A program made the translations under genes and the position numbers. Shown here in pieces: positions 49,713 through 59,194 of a stretch of 64,000 bases of DNA. Each line of letters begins with the position of its first letter. Position 1 is the first letter of the stretch. Under the pieces are notes generated by a model. The model was not told the origin of the DNA. It saw only the letters and a program-made list of their open reading frames with translations, and ran no database searches. The DNA is from a virus. Where the stretch lies: the IMG/VR virus record IMGVR_UViG_3300021378_000004. One strand, written 5' to 3'.

Positions 49713-50401
49713 TGATTAGTTATGATATGATAAAAACTGATGATATACGATCTTACTTCTATACTGAACTAAGACAAGAAAATTTTATTACTGATAAAAA
49801 TGGCGGTAAACTAATTGAAATGCTTGGTGCATGTTTTATTGCAGATAAACCATCTATATTTGGTACACCTAAAGAAGATTATATTAAAAGAGAAATTGCT
49901 TGGTATAGCAGTCAAATTGGTAATGTGAATGCAATAGAAGGTGATACACCTGAAGCATGGAAATTAGCTGCTAATGATTATGGTCAAGTCAATTCAAACT
50001 ATGGTCAACTTATTTGGTCTGATAAATACTTCAACCAATACGGTAGAACATTAGATGAATTGCTACAAACCCCAGATGGCCGTAGAGCCACTATGGTTTA
50101 TAACAGACCAAGCATATGGGAGGAATACAATGAAGAAGGTAAAAGTGATTTCATATGCACTAATGCCGTTACTTATTATATACGTAATGATAAGTTATTC
50201 GCCGTTGTTCAAATGCGCTCAAACGATGTCGTGTTCGGATACAAGAATGACTATGCTTGGCAGCTTTATGTTCTAGAATTATTGGTTGAAGACTACAATC
50301 AATGTAAGAACGAAAGTATAGAACCAATTTCATGTGGTGATATTATATGGCAAGTTCAAAATATGCATGTTTACGAAAGGCATTTTCATCTTGTCAAATA
50401 A
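49712..50401 (+). CDS. gp42: dCMP hydroxymethylase-like (T4 gp42 family, thymidylate synthase fold)
   Basis: NSNYG, RRA...Y.RPS, SDFICTN (catalytic Cys), MRSNDVVFGYKNDYAWQ, HVY.RHF, closely matching T4 gp42 as recalled; Asp in ND is the dCMP specificity residue. Confidence 0.85.
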   Translation: MISYDMIKTDDIRSYFYTELRQENFITDKNGGKLIEMLGACFIADKPSIFGTPKEDYIKREIAWYSSQIGNVNAIEGDTPEAWKLAANDYGQVNSNYGQLIWSDKYFNQYGRTLDELLQTPDGRRATMVYNRPSIWEEYNEEGKSDFICTNAVTYYIRNDKLFAVVQMRSNDVVFGYKNDYAWQLYVLELLVEDYNQCKNESIEPISCGDIIWQVQNMHVYERHFHLVK

Positions 50402-50828
50402 GTGGGATAAAAGATTTTTAGAAATGGCAAAGCTTGTAGCTTCGTGGTCAAAAGATCCATCAACACAAGTTGGTTCAGTTGCTGTAAGAAATAGAACTGT
50501 TATAGCTCAAGGTTATAATGGTTTTCCTCGAGGCGTAGATGATCATGAATTATATTATTTAAACAGAGCAATAAAATACAAACGTATAGTTCATGCAGAA
50601 ATGAATGCAATTTATAATGCAGCAGAAAATGGTGTATCATTAAAAGATTCTACAATATATGTGATAGGATTGCCAATATGCCATGATTGTGCAAAAGGCC
50701 TAATACAAGCTGGCATAAGTAGAGTTGTTACGCCAGAACAAGAAATACCAGAAAATTGGCAAGATTCAATAACAACTTCAATATCAATGTTTAAAGAAGC
50801 TGGTGTAATATGGGATTGGATAAAATGA
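50391..50828 (+). CDS. cd: dCMP deaminase
   Basis: SKDPSTQVG, GYNG.PRG, HAE.NA, C..C; likely TTG start at 50391. Confidence 0.9.
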   Translation: MSNKWDKRFLEMAKLVASWSKDPSTQVGSVAVRNRTVIAQGYNGFPRGVDDHELYYLNRAIKYKRIVHAEMNAIYNAAENGVSLKDSTIYVIGLPICHDCAKGLIQAGISRVVTPEQEIPENWQDSITTSISMFKEAGVIWDWIK

Positions 50829-50841
50829 AAAGGATAACATT

Positions 50842-51954
50842 ATGAAAATACTTGTAACAGGAATGAATAAAAATCAAGTCACAGAGAATTTTTATTTAAA
50901 ACAACAATTAAGAGTAGTGCCTTCACATTATTCTTTACTACGATGTTTAAGAGATATGGGTCATACTGTTGAACAAAGATTAGTGAAAATTGGAGAAGAC
51001 TTATCTTCATATGATAGAGTTATTTGTTTCTTAGCTTCACCAAGACAAGCGTTACAACTTACATTTTATAATGGTTTATGGGCAATACACGATACTCCAA
51101 AAGATAAATTAATATTGGCATTTGATGATTGGCAAACAGATGGAATATTCAAAGGCATTCTTTCATGTACTGATAAAGAATCGCTTTTAAAAGAATTTAC
51201 TATAAATCAAAGCACAACAGATCCAGATATTAGTAGAGAGTTATTAGAACCTCATACTGATGTTTTATTAGATGCAATAAAATACATTGGTGAAAAGAAA
51301 TCACGTATTTTACTTTCTGTATTTGCTGGTGGTGATATGACTAAACTTATTGAATACGATCCAAGTTTGTTATTTGGTTATAATCCAAATCCTTATCATA
51401 GAAATAGAGTACCAGGTAATAGAAGTGATATTCAAAAAAGCGAAATGAATTTCATGGAAGCACAACTTATACCAACTAAAGAAGAAGATGAAGTATCTTG
51501 GTTTAACAAAGAAAAATGTTTTAACTTTGCTTCTTTAGTTCAAGGTAGAACTGCTAAATGGTTAAAGAAACAAAATATTAGTAAATGGAAAATAGAATAT
51601 TTTGGTTCAAGAAAAGAAAAACAAAGACGCTTGTCTGAAGAAGACATGTGTAAAGTTTATGGAGAACAATGGGGTTGCTTAATGCCAGGGTATGAACATG
51701 CCGGATCTGGTTGGTGGAGAGCAAGACCTTTACAAGTTACTGATGCTGGTTCAATCTTGATTGGCGATTACAACGAACTTATAGTATTATTTGATAATGA
51801 AGAAGCAGCATCAGTAAAAGCTTCTGATCTTGAAGAATTATCAGACTACCAACTAATACAGCTAGCCGCACTACAAAAAAGCTCGATATATACTAAACAT
51901 CCTTTAAATAAAGAAACACAACAGAATGAATTAAAGAAAGCTTTAAACATATGA
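50842..51954 (+). CDS. Putative DNA glycosyltransferase, distant T4 beta-glucosyltransferase-like (GT-B)
   Basis: Collinear motifs with recalled T4 BGT: MKI, VPS, (D/E)MG, YDR(V/L)I, IE(Y/F)FG...EKQ, R......ILI.D, C-terminal Q...KKA; similar length. Confidence 0.6.
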   Translation: MKILVTGMNKNQVTENFYLKQQLRVVPSHYSLLRCLRDMGHTVEQRLVKIGEDLSSYDRVICFLASPRQALQLTFYNGLWAIHDTPKDKLILAFDDWQTDGIFKGILSCTDKESLLKEFTINQSTTDPDISRELLEPHTDVLLDAIKYIGEKKSRILLSVFAGGDMTKLIEYDPSLLFGYNPNPYHRNRVPGNRSDIQKSEMNFMEAQLIPTKEEDEVSWFNKEKCFNFASLVQGRTAKWLKKQNISKWKIEYFGSRKEKQRRLSEEDMCKVYGEQWGCLMPGYEHAGSGWWRARPLQVTDAGSILIGDYNELIVLFDNEEAASVKASDLEELSDYQLIQLAALQKSSIYTKHPLNKETQQNELKKALNI

Positions 51955-52961
51955 AAATATTAGTAGTAGGTGCAGGTTTCTCTGGTGCAGTAGTTGCACA
52001 CAAATTAGCAAACGCTGGCCATGATATACACGTCATAGATGAAAGAAACCACATTGGTGGTAATGCTTATGACTATACAAATAAAAGAGGAATACGAATT
52101 CATAAGTATGGTCCTCATTTATTTCATACAAACAACGAAAAAGTTTATAACTGGGTTACACAATTTGGCGAATGGGAACCATACAAACATAAAGTCAAAG
52201 CACAGCTTGACGATGGTAGGTATGTAACATTACCAGTTAACAAAGAAACACAAGATATAGTAGGTAAAGAAAATATTGTAAGTACTTTCTTTGCACCATA
52301 CACATATAAAATGTGGGGTAAAACTATAGAAGAATTAGATCCATCTATTCTTAAAAGAGTACCAGTACGTGATGACGATAACGAATATTACTTTCCTAAT
52401 GACGAATATCAAGTATTGCCAAAAAATGGTTACACCGCGGTATTTGAAGAAATACTAGATCATAAAAATATTAAAGTAGATTTATCAGTAAGATTTAGTA
52501 GAAGTATGGAAAAAGATTTTGATCATATTTTTAATGCTATGCCAATAGATGATTACTTTAATTATTCTTATGGTGCCTTGCCATATCGCTCAATTAAGTT
52601 TCATCATGTTGACATACCTATGACAAAAGTATTACCGACTGGTACAGTTAATTTTACACATGATGGTCCTTATACTCGAGTCACTGAATGGAAGAATCTA
52701 CCGTGTCATGGTATAAATAATCAATACACAACACTCACATACGAAGAACCTTGTGATTACCTAGTCAACAATCAAGAAAGATATTATCCAGTAAAAGATG
52801 TTGATGGTAACAACCGAATTAAATACGAACAATATAAAAAACTAATTCGTTCAAATATGACGTTTATAGGTCGTTGTGGAATGTATGTCTACGTAGATAT
52901 GCATCAAGCAATTAATTCAGCACTAGCTATATCTGATAAATTTATGGAGAAAAATACATGA
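51951..52961 (+). CDS. glf: UDP-galactopyranose mutase
   Basis: GAGFSG FAD motif, HIGGNAYD, HKYGPH.FHT, YTR..E.K, YYP, GR...Y.Y.DM. Confidence 0.92.
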   Translation: MKILVVGAGFSGAVVAHKLANAGHDIHVIDERNHIGGNAYDYTNKRGIRIHKYGPHLFHTNNEKVYNWVTQFGEWEPYKHKVKAQLDDGRYVTLPVNKETQDIVGKENIVSTFFAPYTYKMWGKTIEELDPSILKRVPVRDDDNEYYFPNDEYQVLPKNGYTAVFEEILDHKNIKVDLSVRFSRSMEKDFDHIFNAMPIDDYFNYSYGALPYRSIKFHHVDIPMTKVLPTGTVNFTHDGPYTRVTEWKNLPCHGINNQYTTLTYEEPCDYLVNNQERYYPVKDVDGNNRIKYEQYKKLIRSNMTFIGRCGMYVYVDMHQAINSALAISDKFMEKNT

Positions 52962-53707
52962 AAGTAGCAATCACAGGATCAAGAGGTTTCATTGGAAGTC
53001 ACCTTAAAACAAGACTTGAATCAGAAGGACATGAAGTTGTTGAATGGGATTTAAAACAAAATCCAGCTAAATGCATAAAAGATTTTACTCCTGATGAAAT
53101 TAACTATTGTATACACCTTGCAGCATACGCTGATGTGAGAGCAAGTATAGAAGATCCTCAAAAATATTGGAGAAATAATGTAGAGAATACTACAAGAATA
53201 CAATTAATTTGTCATCATAATAATATACCATTACTATATGCATCTTCATCATGTATTCATAATTGGTGGTTATCACCATATGGCGTAAGTAAAAAAGTAA
53301 ATGAAGAAACAGCTTATGAAAAACAAGTTGGATTAAGATTTACTACAGTTTATGGTGATGGCGCTAGAGAGTCAATGCTTATCGGTAAACTCATTGATGG
53401 TACAGTTCAGTATCTCACGAGACACGTAAGAGACTTTGTACATGTTAGTGATGTTGTAGATGCAATACTTATTCTTATGAGTAAAGATATCGGTATGTTA
53501 AAACCTGCTTATGATATCGGTACTGGTGAAGGAAACGTTGTAGAAGAACTTGGTATCATTGCTGGTTGGGAAGGTATCGAAGTACGAGATGGCGATGCTT
53601 GTGAAGCACAAGATAATACTGCAGATATAACAGAGATGAAAGCATTAGGGTGGAATCCTAAAGTTAAAGTAGATGAATATCTTATTACTAATACAGTACC
53701 TCACTAA
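52958..53707 (+). CDS. NAD-dependent NDP-sugar epimerase/dehydratase (extended SDR)
   Basis: TGSRGFIG, HLAA, ASSS, YGVSK, RF..VYG, RDFVHV.D. Confidence 0.9.
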   Translation: MKVAITGSRGFIGSHLKTRLESEGHEVVEWDLKQNPAKCIKDFTPDEINYCIHLAAYADVRASIEDPQKYWRNNVENTTRIQLICHHNNIPLLYASSSCIHNWWLSPYGVSKKVNEETAYEKQVGLRFTTVYGDGARESMLIGKLIDGTVQYLTRHVRDFVHVSDVVDAILILMSKDIGMLKPAYDIGTGEGNVVEELGIIAGWEGIEVRDGDACEAQDNTADITEMKALGWNPKVKVDEYLITNTVPH

Positions 53708-54906
53708 TGAGATTCGCCAGTATAATACCACTTATAGGTGGAGCAACACTTGCAATGCAAAATGTTTTGCAAAGAAAGCCAGAGTATTTATTAAGTTATG
53801 ATGTTTTTAAAGAAAATGATAATCACTTGGTACAATATTATAAAGGAGCAGTTCCCTATCATCTTTATGGAGACAATGGGGTTCCTAACTTACCTAATGT
53901 TGAGGTTATTAATACTGTATGCCCATGTGCTGGTCTTAGCAGTCTTAGTCCTTCAGCTAGTAGCGATGCTGCTGCTAACGATTGGATGCTTACCTCTGCT
54001 AATCTTGTCTTGGGTACACTCAAACCTCACGTATTCTGGGGAGAAAACGCACCAGGACTTGCTTCGAACATCGGAAAACCAGTTGTTGCAAAACTTAGAA
54101 AAGTTGCAGAAAAGTTTGGGTACACTTTCTCAATATATAAAACGAAGTCTATCCTTCATGGATTAGGTCAAGTAAGAAACAGAACTTTCTATTTCTTTTG
54201 GAAAGGTGATAAGGTACCTAAGTTTGAATTTATAAAAAGAGAACATGAGAAAATTGATGAGACTATTAGATCAATAAAAAGAAGATCTGACGATCCAATG
54301 AATATTCTTACTAATAAAACAACGCCTTCAGACAATCCATTTTATAAGTACGTTCTAGAAGAAATGTGTGGTGGAATTGGTCATAAAGAATTTGTTGAAA
54401 AGAAAATAACAAGATCTCAAAACGCAATGGATTACATCGAATGGAACGGTGGAAACTATAAAAGCGTATCAAAATGGATGGATGCTCAAGGATTTGATAA
54501 ACTTGCTGAAAGATGTAGAAAAATACATAGTAAGTTAGCTCAAGGCGGAAACATTATGAGAAAGCTTGTGCATTTTCCAAAAGAAACTATTGGTGCATTT
54601 GTTGGCCATATGCCAAATCAACTTACACATCCAGATGAAGATAGATTTCTGACTGTAAGAGAATGTATGTCAATAATGAAATTACCTGAAGACTTTACGT
54701 TACAAGGTGGACTAAAGAATTTAAATCATATATGCCAAAACGTGCCTGTTACTACAGCCGAAGATATGGCTGAGCATGTACAAAAGTTTGTAGACGGTAG
54801 ATTAGGAAATCAAATGCTAGATACAAATTTTTTAATTCAAGATAACACAAATAAAAAGTTAAATTTTGAAAAAAACAGTGTACAATTAGATGCTTTTATG
54901 GTATAA
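53707..54906 (+). CDS. C5-cytosine DNA methyltransferase-like protein with atypical motif I
   Basis: PCAGLS, ENA, Q.R.R, R.LTVRE...M..PEDF, QNVP; motif I reads IPLIGG rather than FxGxGG. Confidence 0.75.
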   Translation: MRFASIIPLIGGATLAMQNVLQRKPEYLLSYDVFKENDNHLVQYYKGAVPYHLYGDNGVPNLPNVEVINTVCPCAGLSSLSPSASSDAAANDWMLTSANLVLGTLKPHVFWGENAPGLASNIGKPVVAKLRKVAEKFGYTFSIYKTKSILHGLGQVRNRTFYFFWKGDKVPKFEFIKREHEKIDETIRSIKRRSDDPMNILTNKTTPSDNPFYKYVLEEMCGGIGHKEFVEKKITRSQNAMDYIEWNGGNYKSVSKWMDAQGFDKLAERCRKIHSKLAQGGNIMRKLVHFPKETIGAFVGHMPNQLTHPDEDRFLTVRECMSIMKLPEDFTLQGGLKNLNHICQNVPVTTAEDMAEHVQKFVDGRLGNQMLDTNFLIQDNTNKKLNFEKNSVQLDAFMV

Positions 54907-54909
54907 TAT
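54878..54909 (+). promoter_or_regulatory. Possible early-type promoter for uvsX
   Basis: GTGTAC then TATGGTATATAAT; -10 imperfect at consensus spacing. Confidence 0.45.
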
Positions 54910-54933
54910 AACTATTATTTGTAGGAGAAATGA

Positions 54934-55974
54934 ATGTCGATAATGGATAAACTTAAGAAGAATAGTAAAGTTGATTTTACTTCAATACTTGCTGATTCTA
55001 AATTTTTTAATGATAAAGACATGGTGCCAACTGACGTACCAATGATTAACGTAGCTTTGTCTGGCTCAGTAGATGGTGGTTTAGCACCAGGACTTACAGT
55101 ACTTGCAGGTCCATCTAAACATTTTAAAACTTCATTTGCACTTATTATGGCTGCAGCATATTTAAAAAAATATGATGATGCTGTATTATTGTTTTATGAT
55201 TCAGAGTTTGGTTCACCTCAAGCATACTTTGAAAATTATGGTATTGATACAACAAGAGTATTGCATACACCTATTACTAATGTTGAGGAACTTAAATTTG
55301 ATATTATAGCACAACTTGAAGGTTTAGATAGAAACGATAAAGTTGTAATAGTTATTGATTCAGTTGGTAACCTAGCATCTAAAAAAGAATTAGATGATGC
55401 TATTAACGAAAAATCAGTTGCAGATATGTCAAGAGCAAAAGCACTTAAAGGTTTATTTAGAATGACTACACCATATCTAAATATGAAAAACATACCATTA
55501 ATTGCAGTTAACCACACTTATCAAGAGATAGGATTATTTCCAAAAGCTGTAGTTTCTGGTGGTACTGGTATTTACTATAGTGCCGATAATATATGGATCC
55601 TTGGCCGTCAACAAGACAAACAAGGTACTGAAATTAAAGGTTACCATTTTGTAATCAATGTGGAGAAATCAAGATATGTTAAAGAAAAGTCTAAAATACC
55701 TATTTCTGTTAGTTGGGACGGTGGTGTCCAGCATTGGAGTGGCTTGCTTGACGCTGCTTTGTCTGGTAATTATGTTTCTAAGCCCAGTGTTGGTTGGTAC
55801 TGTAGGGTTGATAAAACTACTGGAGAATTGGTGGATCCAAAGGTTCGAGAAAAAGACACACTAAGTGCAGACTTTTGGAAACCTATTATGGAAGATACTG
55901 ATTTTAAACAATACTTAACAAATAAGTATTCAATTGTAAATAAATCTGCAATGATAGACAAAGAAGTTGAATAA
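54934..55974 (+). CDS. uvsX: RecA-like recombinase UvsX
   Basis: AGPSKHFKT, YDSEFG, IDS.GNLAS, GGTG..YSAD. Confidence 0.95.
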   Translation: MSIMDKLKKNSKVDFTSILADSKFFNDKDMVPTDVPMINVALSGSVDGGLAPGLTVLAGPSKHFKTSFALIMAAAYLKKYDDAVLLFYDSEFGSPQAYFENYGIDTTRVLHTPITNVEELKFDIIAQLEGLDRNDKVVIVIDSVGNLASKKELDDAINEKSVADMSRAKALKGLFRMTTPYLNMKNIPLIAVNHTYQEIGLFPKAVVSGGTGIYYSADNIWILGRQQDKQGTEIKGYHFVINVEKSRYVKEKSKIPISVSWDGGVQHWSGLLDAALSGNYVSKPSVGWYCRVDKTTGELVDPKVREKDTLSADFWKPIMEDTDFKQYLTNKYSIVNKSAMIDKEVE

Positions 55975-55975
55975 A

Positions 55976-56308
55976 ATGAAACTAAATATTAATGATATTG
56001 GCGGTGAAATCGTAAAAGACAATGATACGTATCTTCTTAAAGATAACACAACTTTAAAAAATCTAGTACTAAGTAGTACTAGATTACATCCATTAAAATC
56101 CACAACTGGTCATAAGCATGATGGCCAAGAAGAAGTATACTTTTTTGTTGATGGCATTGGTAAGATGTATCTAAATGATGTACCGCAAGATATTGCTGCA
56201 GGCGACATCGTGTTAATTGAAGATGGCATACATCATAGAGTATTAAATACTCACCGAAAAAAACCATTAATCTTTAATTGTATATTTCAAGGAAAAAGGA
56301 ATCACTAA
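55976..56308 (+). CDS. Cupin domain protein
   Basis: GH.H..QEEVY.F..G.G and GD...I..G..H.V.N. Confidence 0.85.
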   Translation: MKLNINDIGGEIVKDNDTYLLKDNTTLKNLVLSSTRLHPLKSTTGHKHDGQEEVYFFVDGIGKMYLNDVPQDIAAGDIVLIEDGIHHRVLNTHRKKPLIFNCIFQGKRNH

Positions 56309-56610
56309 TGCAAGAAGGCGTAGATTATGAAATTATTCCAGATAAAGCTGATGAGCAATCTTGGAACGTGAGAATTCTTAAAGGATTATTTACCGAAACA
56401 GTTCTTAAATACGGAACTGTACGGTTTAATGAAATACCAAAAAATATGTCATTTAATTTTGATATAATATATTCGCCTGACAGCGAGTTAACCGTAAACG
56501 ATGTTAATTTACAAGACTTTGCTGGAGCTTTACTTGAAAAAGTTATGGCTAGAGGTATTGAAGAAGGAAGTATTGTTACAAAGGAGATAGAAAATGGCCG
56601 AAGTGAGTAA
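56308..56610 (+). CDS. Conserved hypothetical protein
   Basis: ATG at 56308 coupled to the cupin stop. Confidence 0.6.
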   Translation: MQEGVDYEIIPDKADEQSWNVRILKGLFTETVLKYGTVRFNEIPKNMSFNFDIIYSPDSELTVNDVNLQDFAGALLEKVMARGIEEGSIVTKEIENGRSE

Positions 56611-56779
56611 AACCGCAAGACTATTATTATTAATGGATGAAATTTCCATTGCAAAAAGTAAATTACAACCGCATGATACTGGACATATTCACACATCAAT
56701 TAGCTACTTACAAAGCAGAGTTGATGAAGTGAAAAGTGAAATTGATCAAGAGTTAAAGAAAGTTGCATATGCCCACTAA
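56594..56779 (+). CDS. Hypothetical protein
   Basis: SD AGGAG; PHDTGHIHT motif. Confidence 0.6.
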   Translation: MAEVSKTARLLLLMDEISIAKSKLQPHDTGHIHTSISYLQSRVDEVKSEIDQELKKVAYAH

Positions 56780-58136
56780 TTTAGAACAAACTATATTACG
56801 TAATCTTTTAACAGATGAAGATTACATGCGTAAGGTGTTACCGTTTATAAAGCCTGATTATTTTGTTGGAATATACAGAGTATTGTTTAATGAAGCTGGT
56901 AAGTTTGTTGCTAAATATAATAAGTTGCCAACTGGCGAATCATTTAAGATTGAATTAGATCAATCAGAAAAATTAAGTGAAGAGCAATATAGCATGGCAA
57001 TTGATATTGTACCACAACTTTTTAATAAAAATGATGTTGATGAAAATTGGTTACTTGATACTACTGAAAAGTGGTGTCAAGATCGAGCAATATACAACGC
57101 TATTATGGAATCAATATCAATTATTGATGGTAAACACGAACAATTAACAAAAGGTGCTTTACCTGATTTATTAAGTAAAGCACTTGGTGTAGGATTTGAT
57201 CTTAAAGTTGGTCACGACTATACAGAAAATGTGGAAGAAAGATATGACTTCTATCATACAGAAGAAGATAGACTACCATTTGATTTAGAATACTTTAATA
57301 CTATCACTAAAGGTGGTGTTCCACGTAAAACTCTTAATATTGCTTTGGCTGGTACTGGTGTTGGTAAATCTCTTTTTATGTGTCACGTTGCCGCTTCATC
57401 TTTAGTTCAAGGCCATAACGTATTATACATTACAATGGAAATGGCTGAAGAAAGAATAGCAGAAAGAATCGATGCTAACTTACTTAATGTACCTATTGAT
57501 CAATTAGATAAATTATCAAAAGATATGTTTACTACAAAAGTAAATGACATTGCGCGTAAAACAACTGGTAAATTAATCATAAAAGAATATCCTACTGGTT
57601 CTGCACATTCAGGTCATTTCAGAGCATTACTTAATGAACTTAAATTAAAAAGACAATTTGAACCAGATCTTATCTTTATTGATTATCTTAATATATGTTC
57701 AAGTTCTAGAATGAAAGCAATGGGAGGATCAATCAATTCATACACTTACATTAAAGCAATTGCTGAAGAATTACGTGGCCTTGCGGTCGAATTTAACGTA
57801 CCGATCTTTTCTGCAACGCAAACGACTCGTTCTGGTTTTAGTAACTCGGATGTTGGGCTTGAAGATACAAGTGAGTCTTTTGGATTACCCGCAACAGCCG
57901 ATCTAATGTTTGCATTGATATCTACCGAAGAACTAGAAAAACAAGGCCAGTTTATGGTTAAACAATTAAAGAACAGATATAATGATCCAACAGCTCATAA
58001 AAGATTTGTGGTTGGTGTAGATCGTAGTAAAATGCGACTATACGATGTAGAAGAAACAGAACAAACATTAACAGACGATTCGCCAGTATTCGATAAAACT
58101 CCAACTGGCGAAAGATTTAAGGATTTTAAGTTATGA
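56769..58136 (+). CDS. gp41: Replicative helicase gp41
   Basis: AGTGVGKS, EMAEE.IAERIDAN, DYLNI, SESFGLPATAD, KNRY. Confidence 0.96.
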   Translation: MPTNLEQTILRNLLTDEDYMRKVLPFIKPDYFVGIYRVLFNEAGKFVAKYNKLPTGESFKIELDQSEKLSEEQYSMAIDIVPQLFNKNDVDENWLLDTTEKWCQDRAIYNAIMESISIIDGKHEQLTKGALPDLLSKALGVGFDLKVGHDYTENVEERYDFYHTEEDRLPFDLEYFNTITKGGVPRKTLNIALAGTGVGKSLFMCHVAASSLVQGHNVLYITMEMAEERIAERIDANLLNVPIDQLDKLSKDMFTTKVNDIARKTTGKLIIKEYPTGSAHSGHFRALLNELKLKRQFEPDLIFIDYLNICSSSRMKAMGGSINSYTYIKAIAEELRGLAVEFNVPIFSATQTTRSGFSNSDVGLEDTSESFGLPATADLMFALISTEELEKQGQFMVKQLKNRYNDPTAHKRFVVGVDRSKMRLYDVEETEQTLTDDSPVFDKTPTGERFKDFKL

Positions 58137-58804
58137 TAGCAAAATTAATTTCATATAGTAAACCATCTGAGTTTGAAGCGTATCAAGATGAATGGAATAT
58201 AAAATCTTGTCAAGATCTTATAGCATATTGTGCTAGAGTTTCTAATCCATCTGGTCAAGAAAACACAGCAACAAATGAAAAACTTTTAAAATATTTGATT
58301 AAACATCAGCATTGGTCACCGTTTGAAATGGCGAGTGCTTGTATTGAAATCAATACAACTAGAGATATAGCAAGGCAGATATTAAGACACCGCAGTTTTA
58401 GTTTCCAAGAGTTTAGTCAAAGATATGCAAATCCAGTAAAGGAGTTAGAATTTGTCACACGAGAAGCGAGAATGCAAGATAATAAGAATAGACAAAGTAG
58501 TATCGAAGTTGATGACGAAGCTTTCCAACTCGATTGGGAAAGAGAACAGCAAAGAGTTATCTGGATGTGTAGGCAAGTTTACAATACAGCCATCAAAAAA
58601 GGAATTGCAAAAGAAGTTGCTAGAGCAGTTTTACCAGAAGGATTAACTACATCTAGATTATATATGAATGGTACTATAAGAAGTTGGATTCATTTTATTG
58701 AATTAAGATCTTCTAATGGTACTCAAAAAGAATGTAGTGAAGTTGCTATGGCATGTGCACAAGCGATATCAAAAATATTTTCAATGGAAGAATTTATAAA
58801 ATGA
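58133..58804 (+). CDS. thyX: Flavin-dependent thymidylate synthase
   Basis: HWSPFE, RQILRHRSFSFQEFSQRY signature. Confidence 0.95.
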   Translation: MIAKLISYSKPSEFEAYQDEWNIKSCQDLIAYCARVSNPSGQENTATNEKLLKYLIKHQHWSPFEMASACIEINTTRDIARQILRHRSFSFQEFSQRYANPVKELEFVTREARMQDNKNRQSSIEVDDEAFQLDWEREQQRVIWMCRQVYNTAIKKGIAKEVARAVLPEGLTTSRLYMNGTIRSWIHFIELRSSNGTQKECSEVAMACAQAISKIFSMEEFIK

Positions 58805-58983
58805 AAAAACTATGGCATGTGTGGTGCAAAGCAATGGGAAGTAAAGCTTATGACAATAATAAAAAAGATGATCATATTCATAATACCCTTAGAACGTTTT
58901 GGGTACTATTGCATATATTAACATGCCTAGCTATTATTCTTAATGCAATACAAAATCATGGAAAAGAATTAATATTTTTATAA
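58801..58983 (+). CDS. Small membrane protein
   Basis: W..WCKA.G.KA motif plus one hydrophobic helix; ATGA-type coupling with thyX end. Confidence 0.6.
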   Translation: MKKLWHVWCKAMGSKAYDNNKKDDHIHNTLRTFWVLLHILTCLAIILNAIQNHGKELIFL

Positions 58984-58997
58984 AGAAGGATTTAACA

Positions 58998-59135
58998 ATG
59001 GGTAATAAGTATACACAAGATATGACTGGAACTGGTGATCACATTGAAATGGATGACGAAAAAGAACCGGAAAGATATTATGATTGGATGCTTTGGAAAT
59101 TAAAGCAAGAAGAAAATAAAGGTGATAGTAGTTAA
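58998..59135 (+). CDS. Small hypothetical protein (45 aa, not in ORF track)
   Basis: SD AAGGA; MGNKYTQDMTGTG...ERYYDWMLWK. Confidence 0.55.
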   Translation: MGNKYTQDMTGTGDHIEMDDEKEPERYYDWMLWKLKQEENKGDSS

Positions 59136-59183
59136 CATGTTATGTTTGTTTTCCTTTACTTTTAGAGAAAAGTATGGTATAAT
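59132..59183 (+). promoter_or_regulatory. Early-type promoter with upstream palindrome
   Basis: TTAACATGTTA 59132; CTTTAC 59154; TATAAT 59178. Confidence 0.7.
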
Positions 59184-59194
59184 ATACTTATAAA

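Noticed and set aside
49712-50401. Ordinary thymidylate synthase (ThyA)
   Set aside because: Motifs match T4 gp42 (DFICTN, NDYAWQ) rather than ThyA (LPPCH, PFN), and ThyX is present
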